Assembly (NCBI GenBank): GCA_022711115.1
Contig: JAKLFP010000001.1
Span: forward strand, 453,183 to 517,182
Reading direction: 5' to 3'
DNA length: 64,000 nt
From: Candidatus Omnitrophota bacterium
Lineage (GTDB): Bacteria; Omnitrophota; Omnitrophia; Omnitrophales; Aquincolibacteriaceae
The notes beneath the pieces were generated by a model. The model was not told the origin of the DNA. It saw only the letters and a program-made list of their open reading frames with translations, and searched no databases. Positions 28,353 to 39,455 of this stretch are shown here, one piece after another (the first letter of the stretch is position 1; each line of letters starts with the position of its first letter). Position numbers and translations under genes: made by a program.

Positions 28353-28951
28353 TGGTAGGAATTACGGGCGGTATCGGGACCGGGAAAAGTTCAGTCGCCC
28401 GACTCTTCAGAAAATATGGGGCCGAAGTGATCGATGCGGACCAGATCGCCCACGATGCTTTAAAGAAAGGCAGCCCTGTTTTCGACCAAATCGCAGTGCT
28501 TTTTGGTGATGCCTGGGAGAACCACGGAAAAAAACTTAACCGGGAAAAAATTGCCGAGGAAGTTTTTTCGAATCCGGAAAAACGCAAACAATTGGAAGCC
28601 CTTATCCATCCGTATGTCTATGAAAAAATTAAAGAAAACATCGAAGAGACCGTCAAAAGAACAGTGATCGTGGAAGTCCCGCTCCTTTTTGAAGCCGGTT
28701 TCCAAAAACTCTGCGACAAGGTCTTGACCGTAAAATGTAATCGCACGGTCAAACAAAAGAGATTTAAAGGTAAACGATTCTCTGCGGAAGAGATCCGGAC
28801 AAGGGAAAATGCCCAAATGCCGGAATCTCTAAAAATCCAAAAGGCCGATTTCATTATTGATAATTCAGGGTCCATTTCTCAAACTACAAGGCAGGTCGAA
28901 CAGCTGTGGCATAAGTTCGAATCCCTTTCAAAAGGAGCAACAAAACAATGA
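28337..28951 (+). CDS. coaE: Dephospho-CoA kinase
   Basis: P-loop [13 protein letters not shown] at the N-terminus and CoaE-like length. Confidence 0.85.
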   Translation: MVQKLVVGITGGIGTGKSSVARLFRKYGAEVIDADQIAHDALKKGSPVFDQIAVLFGDAWENHGKKLNREKIAEEVFSNPEKRKQLEALIHPYVYEKIKENIEETVKRTVIVEVPLLFEAGFQKLCDKVLTVKCNRTVKQKRFKGKRFSAEEIRTRENAQMPESLKIQKADFIIDNSGSISQTTRQVEQLWHKFESLSKGATKQ

Positions 28952-30366
28952 CAAGAGACACAAGAGAACCAAGAGAAAGAAACCATATGCATCGCAGACC
29001 TCCTGCGGATCATGCAAGCCGTCCTCCTCGTATGGCACCGGAAGATACGGCGGCCAACGGAGAGGCTTTGGAAAAAGCCATCGAGCAACAGAAGTCCGGG
29101 GAAAAGCCGCTGGATGTCGCCAGTCTTAAGAAAATTAAAATCAGCGAGCTTCAAAAAATGGCTCACAAATTCAAAATAGAAAATGTGGCCGGTCTTAAAA
29201 GACAAGACCTGATCTTTAAAATTCTCCAAGGGCAGGCGCAGCAATCCGGGCTGATGTTCGGAGAAGGTGTGCTTGAAATCCTCGAAGACGGTTTCGGTTT
29301 TCTTCGATCACCAAATTATAACTATCTTCCTTCGCCGGATGATATCTATGTCAGTCCGAGCCAGATCCGAAGGTTCAATTTAAGAACCGGCGATGTAGTG
29401 AGCGGGCTTATCCGTCCTCCCAAAGAAGGTGAAAGGTACTTTGCCCTGCTCAAAGTCGAACTTATCAATTTTGAGGATCCAGACAGTTCAAAAGATAAAA
29501 TTGCTTTTGATAACCTCACGCCGCTTTATCCGAACAGGCGCATCATGTTGGAGACGACGCCTGAAGAGGTTTCCATGCGCGTAATGGATCTTTTGACTCC
29601 GATTGGGTTAGGGCAGCGCGGCTTGATTGTGGCGCCTCCCTATAGCGGCAAAACAATCCTTTTGCAAAAACTCGCGAACAGCCTTACCACCAATCACCCG
29701 GATGCCTATCTGATCGTTCTTTTGATCGATGAGCGCCCTGAAGAAGTGACGGACATGCAGCGTTCCGTAAAAGGGGAGGTGATCGCTTCTACCTTCGACG
29801 AACCTGCGGATCGGCACGTACAGGTTGCCGAGATTGTGCTCGAAAAAGCCAAGCGACTCGTTGAACACAAGCGTGATGTTGTCATCTTACTTGACAGTAT
29901 TACGCGTCTTGCGCGAGCTTACAATACGGTAGCCCCGCATTCCGGCAAGATCCTTTCGGGAGGCGTGGATTCCAACGCATTGCACAAACCGAAAAGATTT
30001 TTCGGCTCTGCTCGTAACGTAGAAGAGGGCGGCAGCATCACGATTATCGCGACGGCGCTTGTGGATACGGGTTCCCGAATGGACGAAGTCATCTTTGAAG
30101 AGTTCAAAGGCACGGGCAATATGGAACTCCAGCTTGACCGTAATCTCTTTCAAAGGAGGATCTATCCGTCCATTGACGTCAAGAAATCGAATACGAGGAA
30201 AGAAGATCTTCTTATGCCGGCGGAGGAATTAAATCGTGTGTGGATCTTAAGAAAAGTTTTGAACGAACTGAACCCTTCCGAGGCGATGGAGCTTTTGGTA
30301 GACCGTCTTCGGAAGACAAAAAGCAACGCTGAATTTTTACTCAGCATGAACAAAGTGGAGAAATAA
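28948..30366 (+). CDS. rho: Transcription termination factor Rho (with Arg/Pro-rich N-terminal extension)
   Basis: Rho N-terminal domain ([29 protein letters not shown]), OB-fold RNA-binding region and RecA-like ATPase core. Start overlaps the coaE stop (ATGA). Confidence 0.9.
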   Translation: MTRDTREPRERNHMHRRPPADHASRPPRMAPEDTAANGEALEKAIEQQKSGEKPLDVASLKKIKISELQKMAHKFKIENVAGLKRQDLIFKILQGQAQQSGLMFGEGVLEILEDGFGFLRSPNYNYLPSPDDIYVSPSQIRRFNLRTGDVVSGLIRPPKEGERYFALLKVELINFEDPDSSKDKIAFDNLTPLYPNRRIMLETTPEEVSMRVMDLLTPIGLGQRGLIVAPPYSGKTILLQKLANSLTTNHPDAYLIVLLIDERPEEVTDMQRSVKGEVIASTFDEPADRHVQVAEIVLEKAKRLVEHKRDVVILLDSITRLARAYNTVAPHSGKILSGGVDSNALHKPKRFFGSARNVEEGGSITIIATALVDTGSRMDEVIFEEFKGTGNMELQLDRNLFQRRIYPSIDVKKSNTRKEDLLMPAEELNRVWILRKVLNELNPSEAMELLVDRLRKTKSNAEFLLSMNKVEK

Positions 30367-30367
30367 A

Positions 30368-30691
30368 ATGAAAAAAGAAATTCATCCCAAATACGGACCT
30401 TCAACCATTCAATGCGCCTGTGGCAACGTGATCGAAACTCGGAGCGTGATGCCGCGGATCCAGGTGGATATTTGTTCCACATGCCACCCTTTTTTTACCG
30501 GCAAAATGAAACTTTTAGACACCGCCGGACGCATTGATCGTTTCAAGAAAAAATTCGACGGACGAGTCGCGGTTAATAAAAAATCAACCAAAGTGATGCC
30601 CAAGATGCCGGTCAAGCTCAAATTTTCGGATGAGGTCAGAAAAGAAAAGCTGCAAGCTCTTAAAGAGAAGGTCAAAGCAGCCGGGAAATGA
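30368..30691 (+). CDS. rpmE: 50S ribosomal protein L31 with long basic C-terminal extension
   Basis: MKKEIHPKY...CxC...CHPFFTG L31 signature. 107 aa against the usual roughly 70. Confidence 0.85.
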   Translation: MKKEIHPKYGPSTIQCACGNVIETRSVMPRIQVDICSTCHPFFTGKMKLLDTAGRIDRFKKKFDGRVAVNKKSTKVMPKMPVKLKFSDEVRKEKLQALKEKVKAAGK

Positions 30692-31764
30692 GAATCCGAG
30701 GAAGGCTTGAAAAAACCGAGGCAAGGTTCAAGGAACTGGAGTCTTTGCTGGCCGAACCGCAGACCGTTCGGGACCGGAATTTATTCCAAAAACTGAGCAA
30801 GGAAATGTCGCAGATCCGGCCGATTATCGAGGTTTTTTTTCAATACAGGAGAACCGAAAAAGAGGTCGAAGACCTGAAGCATAGTTTGAGCGAAAACCAT
30901 GGCGATCCGGCCATGAAAGGGCTCATTGAAGAAGAAATCAAGAGTCTGGAAGCGGATCAGACAAAGCGGGAACTTCAGCTCGAAGACCTTTTTTTACGTG
31001 ACATGGAACCCAATGCTGCGCGTGATGTCATTATAGAAATCCGTGCGGGCACAGGAGGCGAAGAGGCGGCGCTTTTTGCGTCTGACCTTTTTCGCATGTA
31101 TAGCATGTATGCGGCAGGACACGGTCTTCGAATCGAGGTGATGGACTCCAACCCGACCGGGATCGGCGGATTTAAAGAAATGATCTTTGGCGTGAGCGGA
31201 GCGCATGCTTATAGCTGTTTTAAATATGAAAGCGGAATTCATCGTGTTCAGCGAGTACCGAGGACCGAAGCGAGCGGACGCATTCATACTTCTGCGGTGA
31301 CAGTTGCGGTATTGCCTGAAGCCGCGGAAGAAGAAATCGAGATTGTGCCGACGGACCTTAAGATCGATGTCTATCGTGCTTCGGGAGCTGGCGGGCAACA
31401 TGTAAACAAGACCGAATCCGCAGTGCGCATTACCCATATTCCCACAGGATTTGTGGTGGCGTGTCAGGATGAACGTTCTCAGCACAAAAATAAGTTGAAG
31501 GCAATGCGTATTTTGCGCGCGCGCATTTTTGAAGCGCGAGAACAGCAACATATGGCTGAAACTGCGAAAAACCGGAAAGAACAAGTCGGCACGGGGGATC
31601 GCTCTGGCAAGATACGGACGTATAATTATCCGGATAATCGCGTCACGGACCATCGTATCGGTCTTACCCTTTATAGTTTAGGGCAAATTCTGGACGGACA
31701 TCTGGAGACGCTGGTCCAGGCGCTTGCCGAAGACGAAAAAGTCCGGGTGTTGACCACTTTATGA
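30688..31764 (+). CDS. prfA: Peptide chain release factor 1
   Basis: GGQ motif ([25 protein letters not shown]) and the RF1/RF2 fold. Followed by prmC as is usual for RF1. Confidence 0.9.
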   Translation: MRIRGRLEKTEARFKELESLLAEPQTVRDRNLFQKLSKEMSQIRPIIEVFFQYRRTEKEVEDLKHSLSENHGDPAMKGLIEEEIKSLEADQTKRELQLEDLFLRDMEPNAARDVIIEIRAGTGGEEAALFASDLFRMYSMYAAGHGLRIEVMDSNPTGIGGFKEMIFGVSGAHAYSCFKYESGIHRVQRVPRTEASGRIHTSAVTVAVLPEAAEEEIEIVPTDLKIDVYRASGAGGQHVNKTESAVRITHIPTGFVVACQDERSQHKNKLKAMRILRARIFEAREQQHMAETAKNRKEQVGTGDRSGKIRTYNYPDNRVTDHRIGLTLYSLGQILDGHLETLVQALAEDEKVRVLTTL

Positions 31765-32639
31765 TTCTTGAAAAAGGTATCGGAAATACAATACATGAAC
31801 TGATCCTCTTCGGACGAGAAGAGCTCCGGCAGGCCGGTATCGAGGAAGCCCAGCAGGAATGCGACCGGATTTTGATGAAATTTTTGGGTTGTTCACGGAC
31901 AGAGATTTATTTGAAGAAACATAAATTGATGAAGACGGAAGTAAAAGAAAATTTTTTAACGGTCCTTGAAAAACGGAAAAGGCGCATTCCTCTCGGCTAT
32001 CTTTTGCAGGAAGCGGACTTTTGGAAAGAAACATTATACGTGAATGAAAATTGCCTTATTCCACGGCCGGAAACGGAAATTCTTGTTGAAAATGTTTTGC
32101 AGGTGATCAGGGGGTCGAAAAAAGAACGCTTTTCATTTTTGGATCTTGGCGCAGGCTCCGGAGCTATTGCGGTCGCGATTATGAATGCCTTTGAAGCAGT
32201 TTACGGGACGCTTTCGGATATTTCCGAAGAGGCACTGAAAGTTGCTACGAAAAATCTAAAAAAATATTCATTAACAAGCCGGGCCAAGGTGGTGCAAGGC
32301 GACCTTTTCGAGCCATTTTCCAACGATGAAAAGTGGGATTTAATCGTTTCCAACCCACCCTATCTGACTTCCTGGGATATGAAAAAACTTCAACCAGAAC
32401 TAACTTTTGAACCCAAAGAGGCATTGGACGGTGGCATAGACGGCCTTGATTTTTATCAGAAGATAGTTTCTGAGGCTAAAGGGCATCTTGTGCCGGGCGG
32501 GACAGTCGCGGTTGAAGTGGGGCAAGGACAGGCGGATATAGTTTCAAAGTGGTTTCGGGAATCAGGTTATGATAATATTCAGCTTTTCAAAGACTATTTG
32601 CAGGTCCAGAGAGTTATTATGGCCCAAAGGAATTCTTAG
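31761..32639 (+). CDS. prmC: Release factor glutamine N5-methyltransferase PrmC (HemK)
   Basis: SAM-binding [11 protein letters not shown] and the NPPY motif (VSNPPY). Confidence 0.85.
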   Translation: MILEKGIGNTIHELILFGREELRQAGIEEAQQECDRILMKFLGCSRTEIYLKKHKLMKTEVKENFLTVLEKRKRRIPLGYLLQEADFWKETLYVNENCLIPRPETEILVENVLQVIRGSKKERFSFLDLGAGSGAIAVAIMNAFEAVYGTLSDISEEALKVATKNLKKYSLTSRAKVVQGDLFEPFSNDEKWDLIVSNPPYLTSWDMKKLQPELTFEPKEALDGGIDGLDFYQKIVSEAKGHLVPGGTVAVEVGQGQADIVSKWFRESGYDNIQLFKDYLQVQRVIMAQRNS

Positions 32640-32647
32640 AGCTTTGT

Positions 32648-33913
32648 ATGGACAAGATCATTATCGAAGGCGGGGTAAAACTTAAGGGAGAAGTCGATAT
32701 CTCAGGGTCAAAGAATGCCGTTTTGCCGATTATGGCAGCGGCACTTTTGACCGAAGAGGAATCCATTATTGAGAATGTTCCATCGCTTTGGGACGTTCAT
32801 ACCATGGTGAAGTTGTTGCGTTCTTTGGGCGCCAAGGCCATCCTGGAAGAAGGCATTTTAAAGATCAAACCAGGGAATCATTTAAAACCTCTTGCACCCT
32901 ATAGATTAGTCAAAACTATGCGAGCATCTGTCTGTGTTTTGGGGCCGCTTTTGGCACGTCTGGGAGAGGCGGAAGTGTCGCTTCCTGGCGGTTGCGCCAT
33001 CGGTCCCAGGCCTATCGATTTGCATCTAAAAGGTCTGGAGGCATTGAATGCGGATATCAATATTCAACACGGATACGTCAAGATTAAAACAAAAAAAAAG
33101 TTACGCGGTTCTGAAATTTATCTAGGCGGGGCCTATGGTTCCTCGGTTTTGGCGACAGATAATGTTATGATGGCGGCCACTCTTTCACATGGGAAAACAG
33201 TGATCGAAAATGCGGCTTGCGAACCCGAGGTGGTGGATCTTGCAAGGTTTTTAAAAAAAATGGGCGCGAAGATTGAGGGAGAAGGGTCCCCTCGTATCGA
33301 GATCGAAGGTGTCCGGAAGTTACGTGGCGTGAATTATCGCGTCATTCCAGACAGGATCGAGGCTGGGACATTTATGTTTGCCGCAGCGATTACGGGAGGT
33401 GATATTCTGATCCGCAGAATGGAACCGGGACATTTGAACGCGGTCATCGATAAGTTGCATCAGGCGGGTGTGCGAATTGATAAGTTCAAAAATACAGTAC
33501 ATGTAAGAAAAAACGGAAGGCTCAAACCCATCGATATTACGACGCTTCCTTATCCGGCATTTCCGACAGATTTGCAGGCGCAGGCCATGGCACTAATGAG
33601 CGTTACGCCTGGGATCAGCATTGTGACGGAAAAAATTTATCCGAACCGGTTCATGCACGTTCCGGAACTCGGCCGTATGGGAGCTAAGATTATTTTAGAA
33701 GGGCCGAGTGCGATCGTACACGGTGTTAAAAAGTTGAGCGGAGCGCCGGTCATGGCATCCGATCTTAGGGCCAGCGCAGCGTTGGTGCTCGCCGGTCTTG
33801 TCGCCGAAGGCGCGACGGAAGTCCAGCGTGTTTATCATCTGGACCGGGGTTATGAAAACCTCGAGCAAAAACTCACATCTCTTGGGGCAAAGATCCGAAG
33901 GGAAAAAGAGTGA
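32648..33913 (+). CDS. murA: UDP-N-acetylglucosamine 1-carboxyvinyltransferase
   Basis: 421 aa. MurA N-terminus (IIEGG.KLKGEV.ISGSKNAVLPIM) and an active-site region. Confidence 0.9.
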   Translation: MDKIIIEGGVKLKGEVDISGSKNAVLPIMAAALLTEEESIIENVPSLWDVHTMVKLLRSLGAKAILEEGILKIKPGNHLKPLAPYRLVKTMRASVCVLGPLLARLGEAEVSLPGGCAIGPRPIDLHLKGLEALNADINIQHGYVKIKTKKKLRGSEIYLGGAYGSSVLATDNVMMAATLSHGKTVIENAACEPEVVDLARFLKKMGAKIEGEGSPRIEIEGVRKLRGVNYRVIPDRIEAGTFMFAAAITGGDILIRRMEPGHLNAVIDKLHQAGVRIDKFKNTVHVRKNGRLKPIDITTLPYPAFPTDLQAQAMALMSVTPGISIVTEKIYPNRFMHVPELGRMGAKIILEGPSAIVHGVKKLSGAPVMASDLRASAALVLAGLVAEGATEVQRVYHLDRGYENLEQKLTSLGAKIRREKE

Positions 33914-33953
33914 CAGTAGACATAGTGAATCATGAGATTCTAAAGGAGGCAAT

Positions 33954-34211
33954 GTGGCAGTCAGAATCCGAATGAAACGTTTTGGAAGTAAAAACCGCCC
34001 TCAGTGGCGTATTGTGGTGAGCGATACCAAGATGCCGCGCGATGGCCGCTTTATCGAGGAGATCGGGTATTACGACGCTCTCCCCAAAGAAGATATTTTT
34101 GTTGTGAAGCAAGAACGACTCGATTATTGGGTTAAGCAGGGCGCTCAGATGAGCGTGGCCTTGAAAAGCCTTGTGCGCCGTCAAAAGAAAAAACAAAAAA
34201 AGAGCGCCTAA
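33954..34211 (+). CDS. rpsP: 30S ribosomal protein S16
   Basis: MAVRIRMKRFGSKNRPQWRIVV is the S16 N-terminus. Confidence 0.9.
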   Translation: MAVRIRMKRFGSKNRPQWRIVVSDTKMPRDGRFIEEIGYYDALPKEDIFVVKQERLDYWVKQGAQMSVALKSLVRRQKKKQKKSA

Positions 34212-34238
34212 CCCTTTTAAAAGGTCGGGAAAGCCTTC

Positions 34239-34931
34239 ATGAAGATTACGGTCGATGTTGTAACGCTTTTCCCGGTTTTTTTTGAAAGCCCGCTTCAAGA
34301 GTCGCTTTTAAAAAAAGCGCAGGACAAAGGACTTGTAGCATTCAATATCCACGATTTGCGCCAATGGACTCACGATCGACATAAAACGGCTGATGACAAA
34401 CCGTTCGGCGGGGGAGCAGGCATGGTGATGAAACCGGAGCCGATTTTTGAATGTGTCGAAGAAATCGGAAAAGATGCCTGGGTGGTGCTTCTGGATCCGC
34501 AAGGCGAGCCCATGAGCCAGAAATTGGCGCAGAAGCTGGCGAAAAAAAAGCATTTGGTGCTGATTGCCGGTCATTATGAAGGGGTGGATCAACGGGTGAA
34601 AGACCACCTGATCGACCAAGAAATTTCCGTTGGCGATTTCATTACGATGGGAGGCGAAGCGCCGGCGTTATGCTTGATCGAAGCTGTTACACGGCTCATC
34701 CCTGGAGTTTTGGGAAATGAGGACTCGGTTCAGCATGAAAGTTTTCAAACAGGCATTTTGGAGTACCCGCACTATACAAGGCCGAGGGAATATCGCGGTT
34801 GGAAAGTTCCGGATGTCTTGGTTTCCGGAAATCATAAAGAAGTGGATCTTTGGCGCCGTAAGGCGGCCGAACAGGTGACGCGTCAAAAACGACCGGACCT
34901 TTTGAAATCATCGTTAAGGAGAAAAAAATGA
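34239..34931 (+). CDS. trmD: tRNA (guanine37-N1)-methyltransferase
   Basis: TrmD N-terminus ([14 protein letters not shown]) and the SAM-binding knot region ([10 protein letters not shown]...GGEAPA). Confidence 0.9.
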   Translation: MKITVDVVTLFPVFFESPLQESLLKKAQDKGLVAFNIHDLRQWTHDRHKTADDKPFGGGAGMVMKPEPIFECVEEIGKDAWVVLLDPQGEPMSQKLAQKLAKKKHLVLIAGHYEGVDQRVKDHLIDQEISVGDFITMGGEAPALCLIEAVTRLIPGVLGNEDSVQHESFQTGILEYPHYTRPREYRGWKVPDVLVSGNHKEVDLWRRKAAEQVTRQKRPDLLKSSLRRKK

Positions 34932-35236
34932 GCAAAATGGACATTGTTGAAAAGGAATTTGCATCCAAAAAAACAGCGGCATTTCGTGTCGGGGACACTT
35001 TAAAAGTACATGTTCGCGTGAAAGAAGGGGACAAAACGCGAACCCAGCTTTTTGAAGGCACCTGTATTCGAAAAAAAGGAACTGGCGCCAGAGCCAGTTT
35101 CACGGTTCTTAAAGAAAGCTACGGCGACAAGGTCGAGAAGGTATTCCCCCTTTATTCGCCGAATGTGGAAAAGATTGTGGTGAGCCATAAAGGAAAAGTT
35201 CGCCGGGCAAAACTTTATTATCTGAAACAAAAATAA
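34928..35236 (+). CDS. rplS: 50S ribosomal protein L19
   Basis: L19 family resemblance ([30 protein letters not shown]). Lies in the conserved rpsP-trmD-rplS cluster. Confidence 0.85.
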   Translation: MSKMDIVEKEFASKKTAAFRVGDTLKVHVRVKEGDKTRTQLFEGTCIRKKGTGARASFTVLKESYGDKVEKVFPLYSPNVEKIVVSHKGKVRRAKLYYLKQK

Positions 35237-35255
35237 TTTTTTCGGAACCAAGGCG

Positions 35256-35924
35256 ATGGAAACTTCTCTCAAGGAGACTCGCAAGGCATTGCTCCTTCAA
35301 GAATTGCAGGAGTTCGATCGCTCGCAAACGACAAAACTTAACGGATGGATGGCCGGCGTGGATGAAGCCGGCCGCGGGCCTTTAGCGGGTCCTGTGGTCG
35401 CTTCCGCCGTGATCCTTTTTCAACCCGAAGTCCTTCTTGGCGTCAACGATTCCAAAAAACTCAGCTCCTCCCAGCGGGAAAAGCTTTACAGTATCATTGC
35501 CCGTTCCGCGCTTGTAGGAATCGGTATGGTGGATGAAAGGCAAATCGATGAACTGAATATCTATGAAGCGACGCGCCTTGCCATGAAAAAAGCGGTCTTG
35601 AATTTGACGCATACCCCCGCACTTCTCTTAATAGACGGTCCTATGCGTCTTGATCTTTCCATCGAGCAAAAAGGTCTTATCCACGGCGATCAAAAATCCT
35701 TGAGCATTGCTGCGGCCTCGATTGTGGCAAAGGTTTTCCGGGATTATTGGATGCACCGGCTTCATGAGCTTTATCCAGCCTATTCGTTTCACCAGCATAA
35801 AGGATATGGGACAGCCGCCCACATGGCTGCTTTGCAAACCATAGGACCTTCTCCGGTCCATCGGTATAGCTTCACCCCTGTCCGCGAATGTTTAAAAACG
35901 GTTCCTGAAAAAGTTGCTTTATGA
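35256..35924 (+). CDS. rnhB: Ribonuclease HII
   Basis: Catalytic motif GVDEAGRGPLAGPVV and RNase HII length. Confidence 0.9.
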   Translation: METSLKETRKALLLQELQEFDRSQTTKLNGWMAGVDEAGRGPLAGPVVASAVILFQPEVLLGVNDSKKLSSSQREKLYSIIARSALVGIGMVDERQIDELNIYEATRLAMKKAVLNLTHTPALLLIDGPMRLDLSIEQKGLIHGDQKSLSIAAASIVAKVFRDYWMHRLHELYPAYSFHQHKGYGTAAHMAALQTIGPSPVHRYSFTPVRECLKTVPEKVAL

Positions 35925-36319
35925 AGCTTTCTCCAAATCCTCGGCCGTTTCATTTATCCCTCGGAGATCGCGGCGAAACAGTCGCCTGTGATTTTTTGAG
36001 GAAAGAGGGCTATGAAATTGTTCAAAAGAACTATAAGTGCAAGTTGGGCGAGATCGATGTCGTGGCCAAACGCAGAGGGCGGATTGCCTTTGTCGAGATT
36101 AAAACAAGAACAAGTGTCCAGTTTGGCTCGCCGCAGGAAGCCGTGAATTTTAAAAAACAAGAAAAGCTCGCAAAACTCGCTGAATGGTATCTAAAAGAAA
36201 AGAAAATTACCAACAGCCCTATTGCTTTTGATGTTGTTGCGGTTCATTGGGAAGACGGGAAAAGGCCGTTGGTTCGCCTTATTAAAGATGCTTTTGAGAA
36301 AGACGATAAAGAATATTGA
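35921..36319 (+). CDS. yraN: YraN-family (UPF0102) endonuclease
   Basis: GEIDVVAKRRGRIAFVEIKTR signature. Commonly found downstream of rnhB. Confidence 0.8.
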   Translation: MKLSPNPRPFHLSLGDRGETVACDFLRKEGYEIVQKNYKCKLGEIDVVAKRRGRIAFVEIKTRTSVQFGSPQEAVNFKKQEKLAKLAEWYLKEKKITNSPIAFDVVAVHWEDGKRPLVRLIKDAFEKDDKEY

Positions 36320-36413
36320 TTATCTTTCAAGAACCGTGCAAAATAAAGCGTTTTTACTGGTGGTTTATGTTGCATAAGCTGTATTTCCTGGAGAACCAAA
36401 GAAGCATTTTAAA

Positions 36414-37727
36414 ATGAAAAAAACAGCCCTGTTTTTGTGCCTCAGCTTTTTCTTTTTTTCAGTGTTTGCCTATGCTGAAGATAAAAAAGAAGATTTTTAT
36501 AAGCCTGTTTACGAAAAGCCTTTAAAAACGTCATCCCTCAAAGATCCTGTTTCTCGGGTTCTCGCATTTCCCTTCGAATTGATCAAGTGGCCTTTGGACA
36601 AAGCACTCGTGTTTATGGAGAAGAAGCGTCTTGACCGGAAAGCCATATGGCTTTATGAAAAATCGGTAGAATATGGCGTGACTCCCCGAGTGGACTCTCT
36701 GAACTTTAACGGCATTCCTTCTTATGGAGCAGACTTTGATTTTGTGAGAATTTTTCGCCAAAAAGAAATGTATCCTGATTTGATTGCCAAGGGCTGGATC
36801 AATCATGGTCCGGCTGTTTACTTTCAAACAGGGGCGGAATTCGGGAAGCAAAGAATTGCAGATACAGGGTTTCATGTTTCAGAGTTTTTTCAATATGAAA
36901 ACCGTCGAAATGAAACTTTCTACGGGATTGGTCCCTACAGCAGCCGGGGGGATAGCGCCTCTTATATCATAGAAAGAACGACTTTGGCGACTCGAGCAGG
37001 GTACGAATTTTCTCCGACGCTGGATCTTACCTCTCAATTTGGGTATGACCATGTAAATATCAAAAACAGATCCCATGGAGGAAAAGGCAATATTACCGAA
37101 GTTTTTGCCAGAGATAACATACCAGGCCTCTACGGAGATGATCTTTTAAGTTACTCCTTGAGCCTGAAGCGAGATACACGTGATAGCAAAAGTTCTGCAA
37201 CGCAAGGCAGCTACCAAAAACTGATTTTTAAATATACAGACGGCGTACAAAGCTCCAAGGCGCAATACTTCACATATCAAGTCGATGCGGCAAAATATTT
37301 CCAACTTGCTTCGCCGAGGAGGGTCCTTGCCGCGCGGCTTTTTGCGGAACATAACCAAACCATCAATCGAGGCGATATGCCCTTTTACAATATGGCGAAA
37401 CTGGGAGGCTCCGGAACTTTCCCATACGTTAGCCAAACATCCAGGGGTTACGTCTACGACCGTTTTTACGGCCAAAGCACGGTCCTTCTGAATCTCGAGT
37501 ATCGCTATACCATCTGGCAATATCGAGAGTTCCAGCTTGACACGGTTTTTTTCGTGGATGAGGGGCAGGTCTTTGGCAATCTAGGTAAATTTAACTTTTC
37601 ACACTTTCGCGAATCTTATGGCATGGGATTCAATCTGAATTATTCGAAACTTGTGTTGCTTAGTTTTGACGTGGCGCATGGCGATGAGGGAACACAATTT
37701 TATATTGAAAACAAAATCCCTTTTTAA
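36414..37727 (+). CDS. Omp85/surface-antigen-family outer membrane beta-barrel, POTRA-less
   Basis: Signal peptide. C-terminal region with the Omp85 pattern (LGGSGTFPYVSQTSRGYVYDRFYG...NLEYRY...FFVDEGQVFGN) and a C-terminal Phe. Confidence 0.5.
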   Translation: MKKTALFLCLSFFFFSVFAYAEDKKEDFYKPVYEKPLKTSSLKDPVSRVLAFPFELIKWPLDKALVFMEKKRLDRKAIWLYEKSVEYGVTPRVDSLNFNGIPSYGADFDFVRIFRQKEMYPDLIAKGWINHGPAVYFQTGAEFGKQRIADTGFHVSEFFQYENRRNETFYGIGPYSSRGDSASYIIERTTLATRAGYEFSPTLDLTSQFGYDHVNIKNRSHGGKGNITEVFARDNIPGLYGDDLLSYSLSLKRDTRDSKSSATQGSYQKLIFKYTDGVQSSKAQYFTYQVDAAKYFQLASPRRVLAARLFAEHNQTINRGDMPFYNMAKLGGSGTFPYVSQTSRGYVYDRFYGQSTVLLNLEYRYTIWQYREFQLDTVFFVDEGQVFGNLGKFNFSHFRESYGMGFNLNYSKLVLLSFDVAHGDEGTQFYIENKIPF

Positions 37728-37736
37728 GTTTGAAAA

Positions 37737-39395
37737 ATGGAATATAAAGGCATGAAAAAAATAACAACAGCAACTCTCTTGATGGTTTTCGCGGTGGGAA
37801 CGATTTTTTTGGGAATGACGCCCGCTGTTTTTGCAAAAGAAAACACGGCCCAATTCGAAAAAGAATGGACAGCATTTTACAAAGATATTTTCGATCAGAA
37901 TTTTTACAGCGAAGGCATCAACCAGCTCGATCTAGGCCGGTGGTGGCGAAAGATCTTCCGCAAGAAGATTCCTTCGGCCAATATTAATGTTTTCGATGAA
38001 GTGCCAGACTCCAACTTTTTTACAAACCGCCACGCACGCGCGAGACTTTCTGCGGAGGCCTTGGAGAAGGGGTACCATGAAGAGGAAGGTGCCGACCTTA
38101 GTCAGCCGTTGACGGTGATTGCTGCTGAACAACAAGGTATTCACTATGGCTTTATTGTTGAGGATGCAAAAAAAGACCGGTATTTTTTAAAATTTGATTC
38201 GCAAGGGCATTTAGAGTTAAACACCGGCGCAGAAGTTATCGCCAGCCGTTTTTATTATGCCTTGGGTTATAACGTACCACAATACAACATCCTCTTTTTT
38301 AAACCGGATCAGATCAAGGTCAGCGAAGACGCAATCACTTATGACAATACGGGCTTTGTGAAAAAGCTCACACAACAGATCCTCGAAAAATACCTTTTAG
38401 CTATACCTCAATTGCCGGGAGGCACTTACCGGGCCTCGGCGAGCAAGCTTTTCAAGGCACAAGAAGCGGGGGATGTTAGCTTCTGGTCACGAAAAAAAGA
38501 AGATCCTCAAGAGGTTGTTCACCACCGAGATCGTAGAGATTTTCGCGGGCTTAGAGTTTTTTCGGCGTGGCTTAACAATGAGAATATTCGGGAAAGCAAT
38601 GCTCTGTATATGAAAACAAATGAAAACGGACAAGTTGCCTTCAAACCATATCTGTTTGGGTTTGCAACAGCGTTAGGTGCAGCGATGGGAGGGGACAAGC
38701 CTCCCATGCTTGGGTATGAATACCTGGCAGATTATGGAGAGGCCTTTAAATCTTTTTTAGCGCTTGGATTTCGAGAGAAACCATGGCAAAAGAAATGGCG
38801 GGAAGCGAGTGAAAAAAATAGCCCTCTTTCTTCCGTCGGCTATTTTTCAAGCGAACATTTTGATCCCGCCCGATATAAAACACTATTGCCGTATGAGGCA
38901 TTCCGTTTGGTAACGAGCGCAGATGGTTTTTGGGCCGCGAAGAACGTTATGGCTTTTTCGGATGAAGATATTCGGACCATGGTCAAGGCCGGGCAATATA
39001 GCGATTCCGCCGCTGCGGATTCTGTCACCCAAACACTAATTGAGCGTCGCGACAAGATCGGTCGATATTGGTTTTTGCAAGCTAACCCGCTGGATGGTTT
39101 CGCTTTTTCGGATGGGAAACTATCTTTTAAAGACCTGGCGATCGATTATAAATTTATACCCAAAGAAGGAACTATATACCATGTGGAGGTTGTTTCCTCA
39201 GGAAAGAAACCCCGCAGAATTGCCGAATTGAAAATATCCGAGCCCATCCTTTCCATTCAACCGGAGTGGTTTCAAAACGACAAGGACATTAACCTCATCA
39301 TTCGGGTCGCAAGGCCGTCTGCGAAAGAACTTGGCTTCTCGGTTTCTATTTCCTTGAATACTGTCGGCATCCAAGGGATTCGTCACCAGGATTGA
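37737..39395 (+). CDS. Secreted protein of unknown function (552 aa)
   Basis: Signal peptide (ITTATLLMVFAVGTIFLGMTPAVFA). No domain recognised. Start is 10 bp after the Omp85-like gene. Confidence 0.6.
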   Translation: MEYKGMKKITTATLLMVFAVGTIFLGMTPAVFAKENTAQFEKEWTAFYKDIFDQNFYSEGINQLDLGRWWRKIFRKKIPSANINVFDEVPDSNFFTNRHARARLSAEALEKGYHEEEGADLSQPLTVIAAEQQGIHYGFIVEDAKKDRYFLKFDSQGHLELNTGAEVIASRFYYALGYNVPQYNILFFKPDQIKVSEDAITYDNTGFVKKLTQQILEKYLLAIPQLPGGTYRASASKLFKAQEAGDVSFWSRKKEDPQEVVHHRDRRDFRGLRVFSAWLNNENIRESNALYMKTNENGQVAFKPYLFGFATALGAAMGGDKPPMLGYEYLADYGEAFKSFLALGFREKPWQKKWREASEKNSPLSSVGYFSSEHFDPARYKTLLPYEAFRLVTSADGFWAAKNVMAFSDEDIRTMVKAGQYSDSAAADSVTQTLIERRDKIGRYWFLQANPLDGFAFSDGKLSFKDLAIDYKFIPKEGTIYHVEVVSSGKKPRRIAELKISEPILSIQPEWFQNDKDINLIIRVARPSAKELGFSVSISLNTVGIQGIRHQD

Positions 39396-39455
39396 TCAAA
39401 CCAAGTAGCCGTTTCTGTTTTTTACTTCCAAGAAATCATTCCATGCTCAGGCAGG

